NCBI GenBank assembly: GCA_963666275.2 | Contig: CAXXOA010000002.1 | Coordinates: 320,001 to 384,000 of the forward strand | DNA from: Oceanispirochaeta sp. | Lineage (GTDB): Bacteria; Spirochaetota; Spirochaetia; DSM-2461 | Direction: 5' to 3' | Length of the DNA stretch: 64,000 bases | Shown here: positions 45,877 to 56,828 of the stretch, one piece after another | Layout of the letters: every line of letters starts with the position of its first letter | Numbering within the stretch: the first letter of the stretch is position 1 | The notes under the pieces: generated by a model | What the model saw: only the letters and a program-made list of their open reading frames with translations | What the model was told of the DNA's origin: nothing | The model's database searches: none | Position numbers and translations under genes: made by a program

Positions 45877-47121
45877 ATGACCTTTGAAATTCTCCTGTTA
45901 TTTCTCCTTTTCTCCCTTTCAGCAATTTTTTCAGCAACAGAAACTGCCTTTACCTCACTATCAACTCTTCAGATCCACAATATCATGGAAAAAGGCGGGA
46001 GAAGAGGCAGGGAAGTAAACAAACTGGCACGAAAGCCGGATGTCCTTCTCACCACGCTCCTTATCGGGAACAACCTGGCGAACATAGGTGCCACAGCCCT
46101 TGTCACCTCTCTGACGATCCGTCTTTTCGGCTCACAGACAGTGGCGGTAATGACGGGCCTGCTGACCCTGTTTGTTCTTATCTTCGGAGAAGTCACTCCC
46201 AAACAGATTGCTCTGGCAAAAAATGAAGCCATCTGTCTCAACATGGCCTATCCAATTTACTGGCTCTCCACAGTATTCCGCCCTTTCATCTGGATCATTT
46301 CCACGATCAGCTCTGTCATAACCAGGCTCTTTTCAGGAAAGGAACAGAAAACCCTGACCATTGAAAACCTCCTGCAGATGGTGAGGATCGGTGAAAACAT
46401 TGGTATCGTAGAAACCTATGAAAAAGAGATGGTGCAGAATGTTTTCAGGATAAACAATACTCCCGTCAAAGGGATCACCACCTACAGAACCAATGTTTTC
46501 TGCCTGGATAAGGAATCCTATATTGAAGATGTTCTGGATGAAATCATGGATCACGGATTTTCGAGGATACCCGTTTACGAGGAAAATTCCGAGCACATAG
46601 TTGGGATCGTCCTTATGCATGACATAATGAGAGCCATTTCCTCTGGAGAAAAAGCCTTCAAACTGAAAGAAAAAATGGTGGAACCTCTCTTCATACCCGA
46701 AACAAGGATGGTCCACGACCTGTTCCTCTACTTTAAAAAAGAAAAACTAAATATGGCTGTCGTCCTGGATGAATACGGGGGATTAACCGGTATTGTTACA
46801 AAGGAAGATGTCATAGAGGAAATCTTCGGCGAACTCTACGATGAGAATGAAGAGAAAGAGGCGGACAAGATCATTTCCCGGGGAGTCCGGGAGTGGCTGA
46901 TACAGGGTGACAGCTCCTTCTATCTGATTCAGGACAAGCTTGGCATCAACCTGGAGCACGATCAGAGAACCCTCACAGTAGGAGGTTACCTGATTGAAAA
47001 GCTCGGAGAAATACCTGAAGAGGGTACCACATTGAAAATGCCCGAAGGGACCTATGTGATAGGAAAGGTCAGTCAGAACAGAATTGAAGAAGTGGTATTC
47101 CGTCAGTCAGAAGAGAGTTAG
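45877..47121 (+). CDS. CNNM/HlyC-CorC family membrane protein (DUF21-CBS-CorC)
   Basis: FSATETA, LIGNNLAN, FGEVTPK, FSRIPVY, VLDEYGG. Confidence 0.93.
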   Translation: MTFEILLLFLLFSLSAIFSATETAFTSLSTLQIHNIMEKGGRRGREVNKLARKPDVLLTTLLIGNNLANIGATALVTSLTIRLFGSQTVAVMTGLLTLFVLIFGEVTPKQIALAKNEAICLNMAYPIYWLSTVFRPFIWIISTISSVITRLFSGKEQKTLTIENLLQMVRIGENIGIVETYEKEMVQNVFRINNTPVKGITTYRTNVFCLDKESYIEDVLDEIMDHGFSRIPVYEENSEHIVGIVLMHDIMRAISSGEKAFKLKEKMVEPLFIPETRMVHDLFLYFKKEKLNMAVVLDEYGGLTGIVTKEDVIEEIFGELYDENEEKEADKIISRGVREWLIQGDSSFYLIQDKLGINLEHDQRTLTVGGYLIEKLGEIPEEGTTLKMPEGTYVIGKVSQNRIEEVVFRQSEES

Positions 47122-48306
47122 CTGTCTCGAATCCTCCGGCCGCTGAACCCCGGCAACGGTTCGGCCTCCGTATTGATGGGAGACCCGCCTTTCATAGGCC
47201 ATCACTTTTTCGGGATCAGCTTCCACCTTTTCCATCTTTTCGATGTACAGCTGAAGCTGATGGAGTTTTTTCAGCCCCATCCGTTTCTCATCCCTGGGAA
47301 GAGAACTTTTCTGAACAGTCCCCGACAGGGTCTGAATGGTCCTGTCGTAAACCTTGAGTGGAACAGGAAAAGGATGCCCGTCCTTTCCTCCGTGGGCAAA
47401 AGAGAACCTTGCGGGATCTTCAAACCGGGCTGGTTCACCGTAGATGACTTCACTGACCAGGGCCAGGGACTGTAGGGTTCTCGGCCCCAGACCTTCCACA
47501 AGAAGGAGTTCGGAAAAGGTTTTTACTCCCCGTTCAGAAGCGACTGCCAGGACGGCGCCCAATCGCTTCGGATCCACATCTTCGTTTCTGACATTGTGCC
47601 GTGAAGGCATGAGCAGATGCCGCAGCTCCCTGGTCTGCTCCCCCGAAGTGCGGCCTGAAAAATCCAGAATGGCATCCCGGGCTTTCTCGGCTCTGGTTTC
47701 ACTCAGATTCACGAGCATTCCCTGATTGATTCCCGAGATTCCCGAGTGGGGATTCCGGACAAAAGACTTCACTCCCGGAGAGTGCCAGTGATACCGCCTT
47801 GCCATTCCGGCTCTGTCGTTCATCCCCTGCTGAACCACGGCCCACTCCCCCTCTCTGGTGAGGATAAAGTTATGAAGGTATATCTGGAAACCATCCTGAA
47901 TACAGGTATTATCCACTTTTGCACTCAGCCGGGAAGCCGCGACAAGATCCTCACCGTTCAAGCCCTCTTTTCCTGAAATACTCCGGATCTCATCCGGAGT
48001 CATCCGGGAGTACCGGCCTCTGCCGCCGCAGATATAGATTCCCAGCTCCCGGGAGAGAGGATTGATTCCCTTTTTCAGGGCTCCCATGACACTGGTTGTG
48101 ATTCCCGAAGAGTGCCAGTCCATCCCCATGACACAACCAAGGGCCTGAAACCAGAAGGGATCGCTCAGCCGGCTTAAAAAAGCGGAGGGCCCCTGTTCTT
48201 CCACCATAATTCTTACGATTTCTCTCCCCAGAAGGGCCATCCTTTCAGAAAGCCACCGGGGGACCCTGCCGTAATGAAGAGGCAGGTCTGCTGTTCCGCT
48301 TTTCAT
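47107..48306 (-). CDS. DUF763 family protein
   Basis: ADLPLHYG, DPFWFQALGCVMGMDWHSSG, ARRYHW, FSFAHGGKDGHPFPV. Confidence 0.9.
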   Translation of the reverse strand: MKSGTADLPLHYGRVPRWLSERMALLGREIVRIMVEEQGPSAFLSRLSDPFWFQALGCVMGMDWHSSGITTSVMGALKKGINPLSRELGIYICGGRGRYSRMTPDEIRSISGKEGLNGEDLVAASRLSAKVDNTCIQDGFQIYLHNFILTREGEWAVVQQGMNDRAGMARRYHWHSPGVKSFVRNPHSGISGINQGMLVNLSETRAEKARDAILDFSGRTSGEQTRELRHLLMPSRHNVRNEDVDPKRLGAVLAVASERGVKTFSELLLVEGLGPRTLQSLALVSEVIYGEPARFEDPARFSFAHGGKDGHPFPVPLKVYDRTIQTLSGTVQKSSLPRDEKRMGLKKLHQLQLYIEKMEKVEADPEKVMAYERRVSHQYGGRTVAGVQRPEDSRQLTLF

Positions 48307-48365
48307 CTGAACCTCATGATCCCATTATAAACCAACACAGGAAAAAGGCAAACAAATGTATAGAT

Positions 48366-48397
48366 AAAAAAAGGCTCCCGCAATTCGGGAGCCCCTT
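48366..48397 (-). terminator. nifSU terminator
   Basis: GGCTCCCG/CGGGAGCC hairpin followed by a T-tract. Confidence 0.75.
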
Positions 48398-48416
48398 GTT
48401 TTCCATCTGTGTTCTA

Positions 48417-49376
48417 TCAGCTGACAAGGACACGGATCGAATCGGAAATCTTCTCTCTCAGGCCATTCTCAATAAAATTGAGGGTTCCCGTCAGAGCGCT
48501 GCCGCAGCTCATACAGGCTCCCTGATAGGAAATATTGACCTTGGTCACACCCTCTTCATCCAGAATATCCAGGATTTCCACATCTCCCCCGTCTTTATGG
48601 AGGAGCGGTCTGATTTCGCCTTCAAAATAGGACTCGATGACTTTCATTTTCTGGAATGTCGAGCGCTCTTCAAAGGGTTTCTCCTTCTTGGCAGCAGCTT
48701 CCATTTCCATCTGGGCTCTGGTTTCCTTGAGGATGTCAACGAGATAGTACTTTTTCATCTCATGACCGCCGGGCTTCACACAGGATTTACAAAAAGCTCC
48801 GGCTTTGGTATAAGCAGTGATCTCTTCCACGGTTTTCAGATTATTGATCCGGATAACCTCCTGAATTGTCTTCAAGGTAACTCTGGCACACTCACAGACC
48901 ATTTCATCATCATCGAGGATCCCTTTCTCTACCCCCTTGTACAGAGCGGCAGCCTGTTTGATCACATCGTATGCCATAACGCTGCAGTGCATTTTCTGGG
49001 GGGGAACTGCCGGAATATCCGGTGTATCCCTTAAGGCCTCTTCCACATCCAGATTGGTAATCTCAATGGCTTCGTCCACGGTCTTACCCAGACAGAGTTC
49101 CACCATCATATCGCTGGAAGCAATGGCGGTACCGCAACCGAAACTTTTGAAAGATGCCTTAACAATTTTTTCGGAATCTTTATCAACAGCCCAATAGAGA
49201 CGGACAGCATCACCGCAGGACTCGGCGCCCCAGTCGGCAACGACCAGTTTGGCATTCATGGCCTCAGCGTCCTTTTCAGTAATTTCCCCCAGATACCGGG
49301 GATGATTCATTCTATCGGCGACTTTATCCGAATAGTTGTCCCAGAGCGATCCGCCCAGTAAATCATTCTTTGCCAT
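48417..49376 (-). CDS. nifU: Three-domain Fe-S scaffold NifU (Campylobacterota-type)
   Basis: SCGDAVRL, SFGCG, KMHCS; BFD-like VCEC..AFCKSC; Nfu domain DGGD..GACMSC. Confidence 0.93.
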   Translation of the reverse strand: MAKNDLLGGSLWDNYSDKVADRMNHPRYLGEITEKDAEAMNAKLVVADWGAESCGDAVRLYWAVDKDSEKIVKASFKSFGCGTAIASSDMMVELCLGKTVDEAIEITNLDVEEALRDTPDIPAVPPQKMHCSVMAYDVIKQAAALYKGVEKGILDDDEMVCECARVTLKTIQEVIRINNLKTVEEITAYTKAGAFCKSCVKPGGHEMKKYYLVDILKETRAQMEMEAAAKKEKPFEERSTFQKMKVIESYFEGEIRPLLHKDGGDVEILDILDEEGVTKVNISYQGACMSCGSALTGTLNFIENGLREKISDSIRVLVS

Positions 49377-50558
<1,182 letters not shown>

Positions 50559-50707
50559 TCAGTCTCCTGTTTCAACTAATATACCTAATTTTTTCTATGA
50601 AGAAAATACCATGCTTCCTAATTACTACCAATTCTGTAACCTTTTTATTCATGAAAAACTTGTCTCTTGCACAATCCATGGTTATATTTTAGAAAAAAAG
50701 ATAACAT

Positions 50708-51592
50708 ATGAAAACAGAAATAACAGTCAGAGAAAAAACACTGGGCATGGAAGACCAGAGCGTTCTGGTACCTCTTTTAAGATCTATTGAGATTCCTCTT
50801 TCGGAATACTGCTTTGCGAATCTCTATTTTTTCAGAAATACCCATCAGTACCGGGTCATTTCAGACGGCAGCGATACATTCCTTGCCGGAGTGAGTTACG
50901 ACAGGAAAAGATATCTTATGCCGCTAATGGATCTGGAGAAAAATCCTGAATATCTGGAAAAACTGGTCCGTATGGGCAAAGATGACGGATATGACATGAT
51001 CTTTCCGGTTCCCGAAGCCTGGGTCCCTCTTTTTGAAGGGCATGATACGGTATCGGATTTTCTGGAACAGGATTCAGACTATCTGTACACCTCGGAAAAA
51101 ATGCAGACCTATCCGGGCAGAAAGCTCCATAAGAAACGGAACCTTCTGAAGCAGTTCAAGGAGAACTACCAAGCCTGTCTTAAACCTCTTTCAGAAGAGA
51201 ATGTGCATGAACCGCTGGAACTTCTGGATATATGGCAGGCCGCCTCCACCCAGGAGATGTGCGATTCCGACTACTACCAGTGCCGGGATACTCTGGTTCA
51301 CAGGGATTCCTTCAACCTGAAGGGAGCAGTTTTCTATGCCGATGAAAATCCCGTTGGATTTATGATCGGAGAAGCTGTCAGTCCGGAAGTATTCACCATT
51401 CACTTTGCCAAAGGGGATGTTTCCGCCAAAGGTGTGTATCAGTATATGTTCAACAGCTTTGCCGGAGAGTTCTGCAGAGACTACAGCATGATCAACCTGG
51501 AACAGGATCTCGGCATTGAAGGCCTGAGGAGAACCAAAAGGTCCTATCTACCCGATCAGATGGCCCATAAGTATCGAATCCATCTCAAATAA
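50708..51592 (+). CDS. DUF2156 family (aminoacyl-tRNA transferase-like GNAT) protein
   Basis: SEYCFANLY, DYLY, GRKLHKKRN, IHFAKG, INLEQDLGIEGLRRTKRSY. Confidence 0.88.
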   Translation: MKTEITVREKTLGMEDQSVLVPLLRSIEIPLSEYCFANLYFFRNTHQYRVISDGSDTFLAGVSYDRKRYLMPLMDLEKNPEYLEKLVRMGKDDGYDMIFPVPEAWVPLFEGHDTVSDFLEQDSDYLYTSEKMQTYPGRKLHKKRNLLKQFKENYQACLKPLSEENVHEPLELLDIWQAASTQEMCDSDYYQCRDTLVHRDSFNLKGAVFYADENPVGFMIGEAVSPEVFTIHFAKGDVSAKGVYQYMFNSFAGEFCRDYSMINLEQDLGIEGLRRTKRSYLPDQMAHKYRIHLK

Positions 51593-51640
51593 CATAACAA
51601 ATCATTGATTCGAGTCCCTCTGTAATGGTAAAGTCTGGCT

Positions 51641-53422
51641 ATGGAAAAAATGAAGAGAACCGTTACCTGCGGAGGACTTACCGCAAAAAACGATGGCCAG
51701 ACTGTTATCCTCAACGGTTGGGTCCATAGAAACAGAGACCATGGAGGAATCCACTTTATAAATCTGAGAGACCGTTACGGCGAAACTCAGATTGTTGTGG
51801 ATGAAGATGCTCCGGCTGAACTCAGCGAAAAAGCCGGCAGTCTAAAGTTTGAGTACTGTGTAGCCGTGGAAGGCGTCGTAAGACTGCGGCCGGAAAGCAT
51901 GATTAATACCGAGATGGCCACGGGGGAAATTGAAGTTTCAGTCAAAGATATAAGCATACTGAACACCTGTAAAACCCTGCCGTTCATGATAGAAGATGAA
52001 ACTGATTCCAATGAAACAGCCCGTCTGAAATACCGTTATCTTGACATGCGTTCCAAAGGAATGCAGGACAGGATCATCCTGCGAAACAAGGTAACCTATG
52101 CAGTCAGAGAGTATCTTCAGAAATCGGATTTTCTTGAGATCGAAACTCCCACTCTGATTAAATCCACCCCCGAAGGAGCCAGAGACTTCCTTGTCCCTTC
52201 ACGGCTCCATGCGGGACGATTTTTTGCCCTTCCCCAGTCACCCCAGCTTTACAAGCAGCTTCTCATGGTTTCGGGGTTTGACAAATACTTTCAGATTGCC
52301 CGTTGCTACCGGGATGAAGATGCCAGAGGGGACAGACAGCTTGAGTTTACCCAGATCGACCTGGAAATGAGCTTTGTCTCCCGAGAGGATATTTTTAAAG
52401 TCACCGAAGGAATGATGCGTCATATTTTCTCGGAATCCCTGGGAGTGGAACTGCCGGTGCAGTTTGAACGGCTCTCCTATGATGACGCCATGAACCTGTA
52501 CGGAAGCGATAAACCCGACCTTAGATTCGATATGAAATTCCAGGACTTTGCCCCCTATGTAGCGGGCAGCGATTTCAGTGTCTTCAAGTCGGTACTCGAA
52601 TCTGAAGGAACTGTGAAAGCCCTGGTTGTTCCCGGAGCTGCGGCGGACTATTCCCGAAAAAAAATCACAGAGCTGGAAGAGACGGCCAAAACCTACGGTG
52701 CCAAAGGACTGGCCTGGATGAAGGTGACCGCCGACGGTCTGGATGGGGGTGTTTCCAAATTCTACGCCAATCAGGCGGAAGCCATCTGTTCCGGCCTGGG
52801 TGCCACCGAGGGAGATCTGATCCTTCTGATGGGTGCATCCTGGAAGACAGCCTGCACCTCCCTGGGTGCTGTCCGCTCCCGACTGGGAAAAGATCTGAAA
52901 CTGATAGACGAGAGCATCTTCAAATTTGTCTGGATCATAGATTTCCCCCTCTTTGAATGGAACGAAGAAGAGGAAGCCTGGGAACCGGCTCACCATATGT
53001 TCTCCATGCCCCAGGAACAGTACCTGGAAACAATGGAACAGGATCCGGGCCCCGTCAAGGGAGATCTGTACGACCTGGTTCTCAACGGTTACGAACTTGC
53101 CAGCGGTTCCATCAGGGTCCACGATCCGGAGTTGCAGCAGAGAATATTCAATGTCGTGGGATTTCCCAAAGAAGCGGCAGAAGAACGCTTCGGATTCCTT
53201 CTGGAATCTTTCCGTTACGGCGCGCCTCCCCATGGCGGAATGGCTGCCGGACTGGACCGTCTGGTTATGATCATGGCGGGAAAGGAATCCATCAAAGAGG
53301 TGATTCCCTTTCCGAAAAACAGCGCAGGCATGTCCCCCATGGATGAAAGCCCCGCCAGGGTAGATGAGATTCAGCTGAAAGACCTTCACCTGGATGTGAT
53401 TCTGCCGGAAGAGACAGAATAA
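51641..53422 (+). CDS. aspS: Aspartyl-tRNA synthetase (probably non-discriminating, RDHGG)
   Basis: GWVHRNRDHGG, TPEGARDF, LPQSPQLYKQ, RCYRDED, GAPPHGG. Confidence 0.98.
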   Translation: MEKMKRTVTCGGLTAKNDGQTVILNGWVHRNRDHGGIHFINLRDRYGETQIVVDEDAPAELSEKAGSLKFEYCVAVEGVVRLRPESMINTEMATGEIEVSVKDISILNTCKTLPFMIEDETDSNETARLKYRYLDMRSKGMQDRIILRNKVTYAVREYLQKSDFLEIETPTLIKSTPEGARDFLVPSRLHAGRFFALPQSPQLYKQLLMVSGFDKYFQIARCYRDEDARGDRQLEFTQIDLEMSFVSREDIFKVTEGMMRHIFSESLGVELPVQFERLSYDDAMNLYGSDKPDLRFDMKFQDFAPYVAGSDFSVFKSVLESEGTVKALVVPGAAADYSRKKITELEETAKTYGAKGLAWMKVTADGLDGGVSKFYANQAEAICSGLGATEGDLILLMGASWKTACTSLGAVRSRLGKDLKLIDESIFKFVWIIDFPLFEWNEEEEAWEPAHHMFSMPQEQYLETMEQDPGPVKGDLYDLVLNGYELASGSIRVHDPELQQRIFNVVGFPKEAAEERFGFLLESFRYGAPPHGGMAAGLDRLVMIMAGKESIKEVIPFPKNSAGMSPMDESPARVDEIQLKDLHLDVILPEETE

Positions 53423-53442
53423 GTACAGACAAGAGAGAACAG

Positions 53443-53475
53443 AGGGGGGCGCGTCAATGCGTCCCCTTTTTTTAT
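53443..53475 (+). terminator. aspS terminator
   Basis: AGGGGGGCGC/GCGTCCCCT hairpin followed by a T-tract. Confidence 0.7.
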
Positions 53476-54810
53476 TTAAATTGTAAGGTCTTTCGTTTCC
53501 TCTCCGGAACCGTCCTTCAGGGTCTGAACGATGAATTCATTGGTTCTCTGCAGACGGTTTGCCAGAAGACGACTTATAAACAGGCCGTACTGGGGATACC
53601 TTTTCAGGACCTGAATGAAAGATTTTCTCGGGATCCTGATAAGTTTCCCCGGGGTTTCCGCAATAACCGAGGCACTGCGGTTCCTGTTCAGCAGAAACGC
53701 CATTTCACCCATAAAAACATCATCCGGCTGTATTTTTCCCACTGTCTTTCCATGGTGGATAACATTGTACTGACCGCTGGAGATGTAGTAGATGGAATCT
53801 CCCGGATCTCCCGCCCGGACCACCACATCACCCGGTTTTACCGAAATCATCTCCTCGCCGGAGAATCCGGCGGGTGTCAGTTTTTCGTGGAGCTTTCGGT
53901 TATTCATGATCATAGAGACCTGAGTGCCTTTTTTATTGAAAAGAACTCTGTCGGCAACAATCCTGGAAAGGAGGATTCCTCTCCCGTTGCTGGAACCGGA
54001 GGAGGCATTCTGCAGAGACTTTTTAAAGGCTTCCACATCGAAGCCCTCCCCCTCATCGCTTATGATAAAACGGGATTCCTCATCCGAAAGGTCCCATTCC
54101 AGAAGAACTTTTCTGGAGCCGATCCTGGGATCTTTATTTTTTTCAATGATCATCTCGATCAGACTTGACCCCTGAGATAGCCCCTGGTCCCGCTCTTCTC
54201 TGGTAATCCCGCAGTTTCCGTGCTCGATTGCATTCAGCACCAGTTCCGACAGGGCCATCTGGAGTTTGAATCTCTCCTCGTTGGAGATCCTTCCGGACCG
54301 GACCATATTGATGGAAAGGATACCCGCATACACTGAGGCTACCGCATAGTCGCTGTTGCTGATGCTGAAGGCGCCGGAGAATTTATTGAGGATATTATCG
54401 GCCAGTTCATTCTGATAGATCAGCTGTCTGTTGGCATAGACAATCGAGAGGATCTTGCTGAAATGGGTTCTGATCTGGGAGTAGTCCATCATGGCCAGCA
54501 GATTCAGGTTCCGGTACTGATCCAAAAGACGGGATTCTTCATGCCGTCCCAGGTCATAAACACCAATGAGCCCCGAGCTGTGCAGCCAGGAGTCTTCCAT
54601 TATCTTTTCTTTCAGGAGGGTGAGATCAATTTTTTTGTCCGAAAGGTGAAGGATGGTGAGATCGGGCAGCTCGAAATTCAGGATATCCAGGGCCTCGGAA
54701 ACACTCTCTGTAAATCTGAGGTGAAAATCCCCCGGGAATTCATTCTGAATAACCCTCTCTATGCCCTGATTAATGATGGAGTCACTGCAGATAACTGCTA
54801 TGGTATTCAT
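53476..54810 (-). CDS. Receiver-like + RsbW-type HATPase + cNMP-binding domain protein
   Basis: PDLTILHL pseudo-receiver; SELVLNAIEHGN, ISDEGEGFD, GRGI; GDSIYYISSG..FMGEMAFL..RSASV. Confidence 0.85.
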   Translation of the reverse strand: MNTIAVICSDSIINQGIERVIQNEFPGDFHLRFTESVSEALDILNFELPDLTILHLSDKKIDLTLLKEKIMEDSWLHSSGLIGVYDLGRHEESRLLDQYRNLNLLAMMDYSQIRTHFSKILSIVYANRQLIYQNELADNILNKFSGAFSISNSDYAVASVYAGILSINMVRSGRISNEERFKLQMALSELVLNAIEHGNCGITREERDQGLSQGSSLIEMIIEKNKDPRIGSRKVLLEWDLSDEESRFIISDEGEGFDVEAFKKSLQNASSGSSNGRGILLSRIVADRVLFNKKGTQVSMIMNNRKLHEKLTPAGFSGEEMISVKPGDVVVRAGDPGDSIYYISSGQYNVIHHGKTVGKIQPDDVFMGEMAFLLNRNRSASVIAETPGKLIRIPRKSFIQVLKRYPQYGLFISRLLANRLQRTNEFIVQTLKDGSGEETKDLTI

Positions 54811-54889
54811 AATGCAAACTTTTCCTTATTAAAATCCCGTTCATTAATATTAAGAGATATCCCGGCAAAAACCAACTCTTTTTCTTTTT

Positions 54890-54917
54890 CCAAACTGTGA
54901 ATTAATTCACAGTTTGG
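54890..54917. promoter_or_regulatory. Rex-type operator inside a perfect 28-bp palindrome
   Basis: CCAAACTGTGAATTAATTCACAGTTTGG; core TGTGAA-N4-TTCACA. Confidence 0.75.
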
Positions 54918-54955
54918 TGTTGCGGTTTTTTTTCCCTCCCTGTATAGTCCGAAAC

Positions 54956-55594
54956 ATGAGGTCAGACAAGTTTTCACAGGCTTCCCGGTTAAGGATGATT
55001 CGTCTCTATATCTACCTTAAAAATCTTGATTACCAGTGGCTTGAAACGAAACAGACCTCCCGGGATCTGGCGGCTTCCATCGGCACGACCGGCACTTCTC
55101 TCCGAAAGGATCTGAGTATCCTGGGCTGTCAGGCAGAAGGCTGGGGCTACCGGGGAGCAGAGCTGATTCCCCAGCTTGAGAAGCATCTCCTTCTGGATCT
55201 CCGTGTTGTGGCGGGGATTGCCGGGCTGGAACCCTGGGGATCGGTGCTGCTCAGTAATCCGGAGCTTCTGCCGGGCCTTCATATTACTGCCGGTTTCGAC
55301 AGCAATATGAACCGCCTGGAAAGGATGAGTACAAATATTCCCCTGTACCCCTCCCATGAGATTCCGGAAGTTTTCAGGGAGAAAGAAATTAAACTGGGTG
55401 TTATCTCTTCCGGGGGAGGGATGATACAGAAAACAGCGGAACGCATGGTCAAGGGAGGCGCCCTGGCCATTCTGAATCTGACCCCCCGGATTCTGGATCT
55501 TCCTGAAGGGGTTTTCACCTATCAGGCAGATATTCAATCAGGTATTCTAATGCTCCTGTCACAGATAAACGGGAGCTCTAACCAAAAGGAGTAG
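54956..55594 (+). CDS. Rex-like transcriptional regulator (divergent)
   Basis: R..LY, TSRDLA, LRKDLS.LG..GY winged HTH; AGFD, ILNLTP; GxGxxG absent. Confidence 0.8.
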   Translation: MRSDKFSQASRLRMIRLYIYLKNLDYQWLETKQTSRDLAASIGTTGTSLRKDLSILGCQAEGWGYRGAELIPQLEKHLLLDLRVVAGIAGLEPWGSVLLSNPELLPGLHITAGFDSNMNRLERMSTNIPLYPSHEIPEVFREKEIKLGVISSGGGMIQKTAERMVKGGALAILNLTPRILDLPEGVFTYQADIQSGILMLLSQINGSSNQKE

Positions 55595-55597
55595 AGT

Positions 55598-56776
55598 ATG
55601 TTTGCCATTCAGACATTGAACAAGATTTCCTCTAAAGGACTGGACCGGCTTCCCCGGGAAAAGTTCGAGACAGCCACCGAACTGACCCATCCGGATGCAA
55701 TCCTGGTGCGGAGCTATAAGATTCAGCCCGAGGAGATCTCAGAGACTGTAAAAGCGATCGGAAGAGCCGGAGCGGGTGTAAACAATATCCCCGTGGATTA
55801 CTGTACCGACAGGGGTGTGGTTGTCTTCAATACCCCCGGTGCCAATGCCAACAGCGTCAAGGAACTGGTACTGACAGGGCTTTTTCTCTCCTCCCGGAAT
55901 ATCAATGCCGGAATCAACTGGGTTCAGACCCTGAAAAAGGACGATGAAGTGTCCCGGCTTGTGGAAAAAGAGAAATCCCGATTTTCCGGCCCCGAAATTC
56001 AGGGCAAGAAACTCGGTGTTATCGGACTGGGGGCCATCGGAGTTCTTGTTTCCAATGCAGCTCTGAGCCTGGGAATGGAGGTAACCGGATATGACCCTTT
56101 TATCTCCATCAATGCCGCCTGGGGACTCTCTCCGGAAGTGAAAAAAGCTTCCTCTCTGGATCAGCTCATAGCCGGTTCAGACTACATAACTCTCCACATT
56201 CCCCTGACAGATAAAACAAGGGGGATTATGGATACCAATCAGTTTGAAATGATGAAAGACGGAACCAGGCTTCTGAACTTTGCCCGGGGAGGACTGGTAA
56301 ACAACGACAGCCTGAAACAGGCGATTGAAGACGGAAAAATCAGCTACTATATTACCGACTTTCCCGATGGAGACCTGCTGGGCAATCCAAGAATCATCAC
56401 GATCCCTCACCTGGGGGCGTCCTCTCCCGAAGCAGAGGAAAACTGCGCCATCATGGCGGCCAGTCAGGTACGTGACTTTCTTGAATCGGGCAAAATTGTA
56501 AATTCGGTCAACTTCCCCACCTGTTCCATGGAGTATGACGGAGGATACAGACTCCTGATCGCCAATAAAAATGTCCCCAACATGGTTGGTCAGATCTCGA
56601 CGACTCTGGCAGAAAACGGATTGAATATCCAGGATATGATGAACAAACACAAAGATGATATTGCCTACAATATCATCGATATATCCAATAAGGCCGACGA
56701 GGCTCTTCTCAGAAAACTGTCCGACATTGAAGGTGTTGTTATGGTAAGGCAGATCCTGCCCGAGGGAGAGGAGTAA
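55598..56776 (+). CDS. serA: D-3-phosphoglycerate dehydrogenase with ACT domain
   Basis: RAGAGVNNI, NTPGANANSV, GLGAIG, LNFARG, PHLGAS, NKNVPNMVG. Confidence 0.93.
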   Translation: MFAIQTLNKISSKGLDRLPREKFETATELTHPDAILVRSYKIQPEEISETVKAIGRAGAGVNNIPVDYCTDRGVVVFNTPGANANSVKELVLTGLFLSSRNINAGINWVQTLKKDDEVSRLVEKEKSRFSGPEIQGKKLGVIGLGAIGVLVSNAALSLGMEVTGYDPFISINAAWGLSPEVKKASSLDQLIAGSDYITLHIPLTDKTRGIMDTNQFEMMKDGTRLLNFARGGLVNNDSLKQAIEDGKISYYITDFPDGDLLGNPRIITIPHLGASSPEAEENCAIMAASQVRDFLESGKIVNSVNFPTCSMEYDGGYRLLIANKNVPNMVGQISTTLAENGLNIQDMMNKHKDDIAYNIIDISNKADEALLRKLSDIEGVVMVRQILPEGEE

Positions 56777-56795
56777 CTTTTTACCCCGGTTTGAG

Positions 56796-56828
56796 GGAGC
56801 TGTTCTGAAAAGGACAGCTCCTTTTTTT
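56796..56828 (+). terminator. serA terminator
   Basis: GGAGCTGTTC/GGACAGCTCC hairpin followed by T7. Confidence 0.75.
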
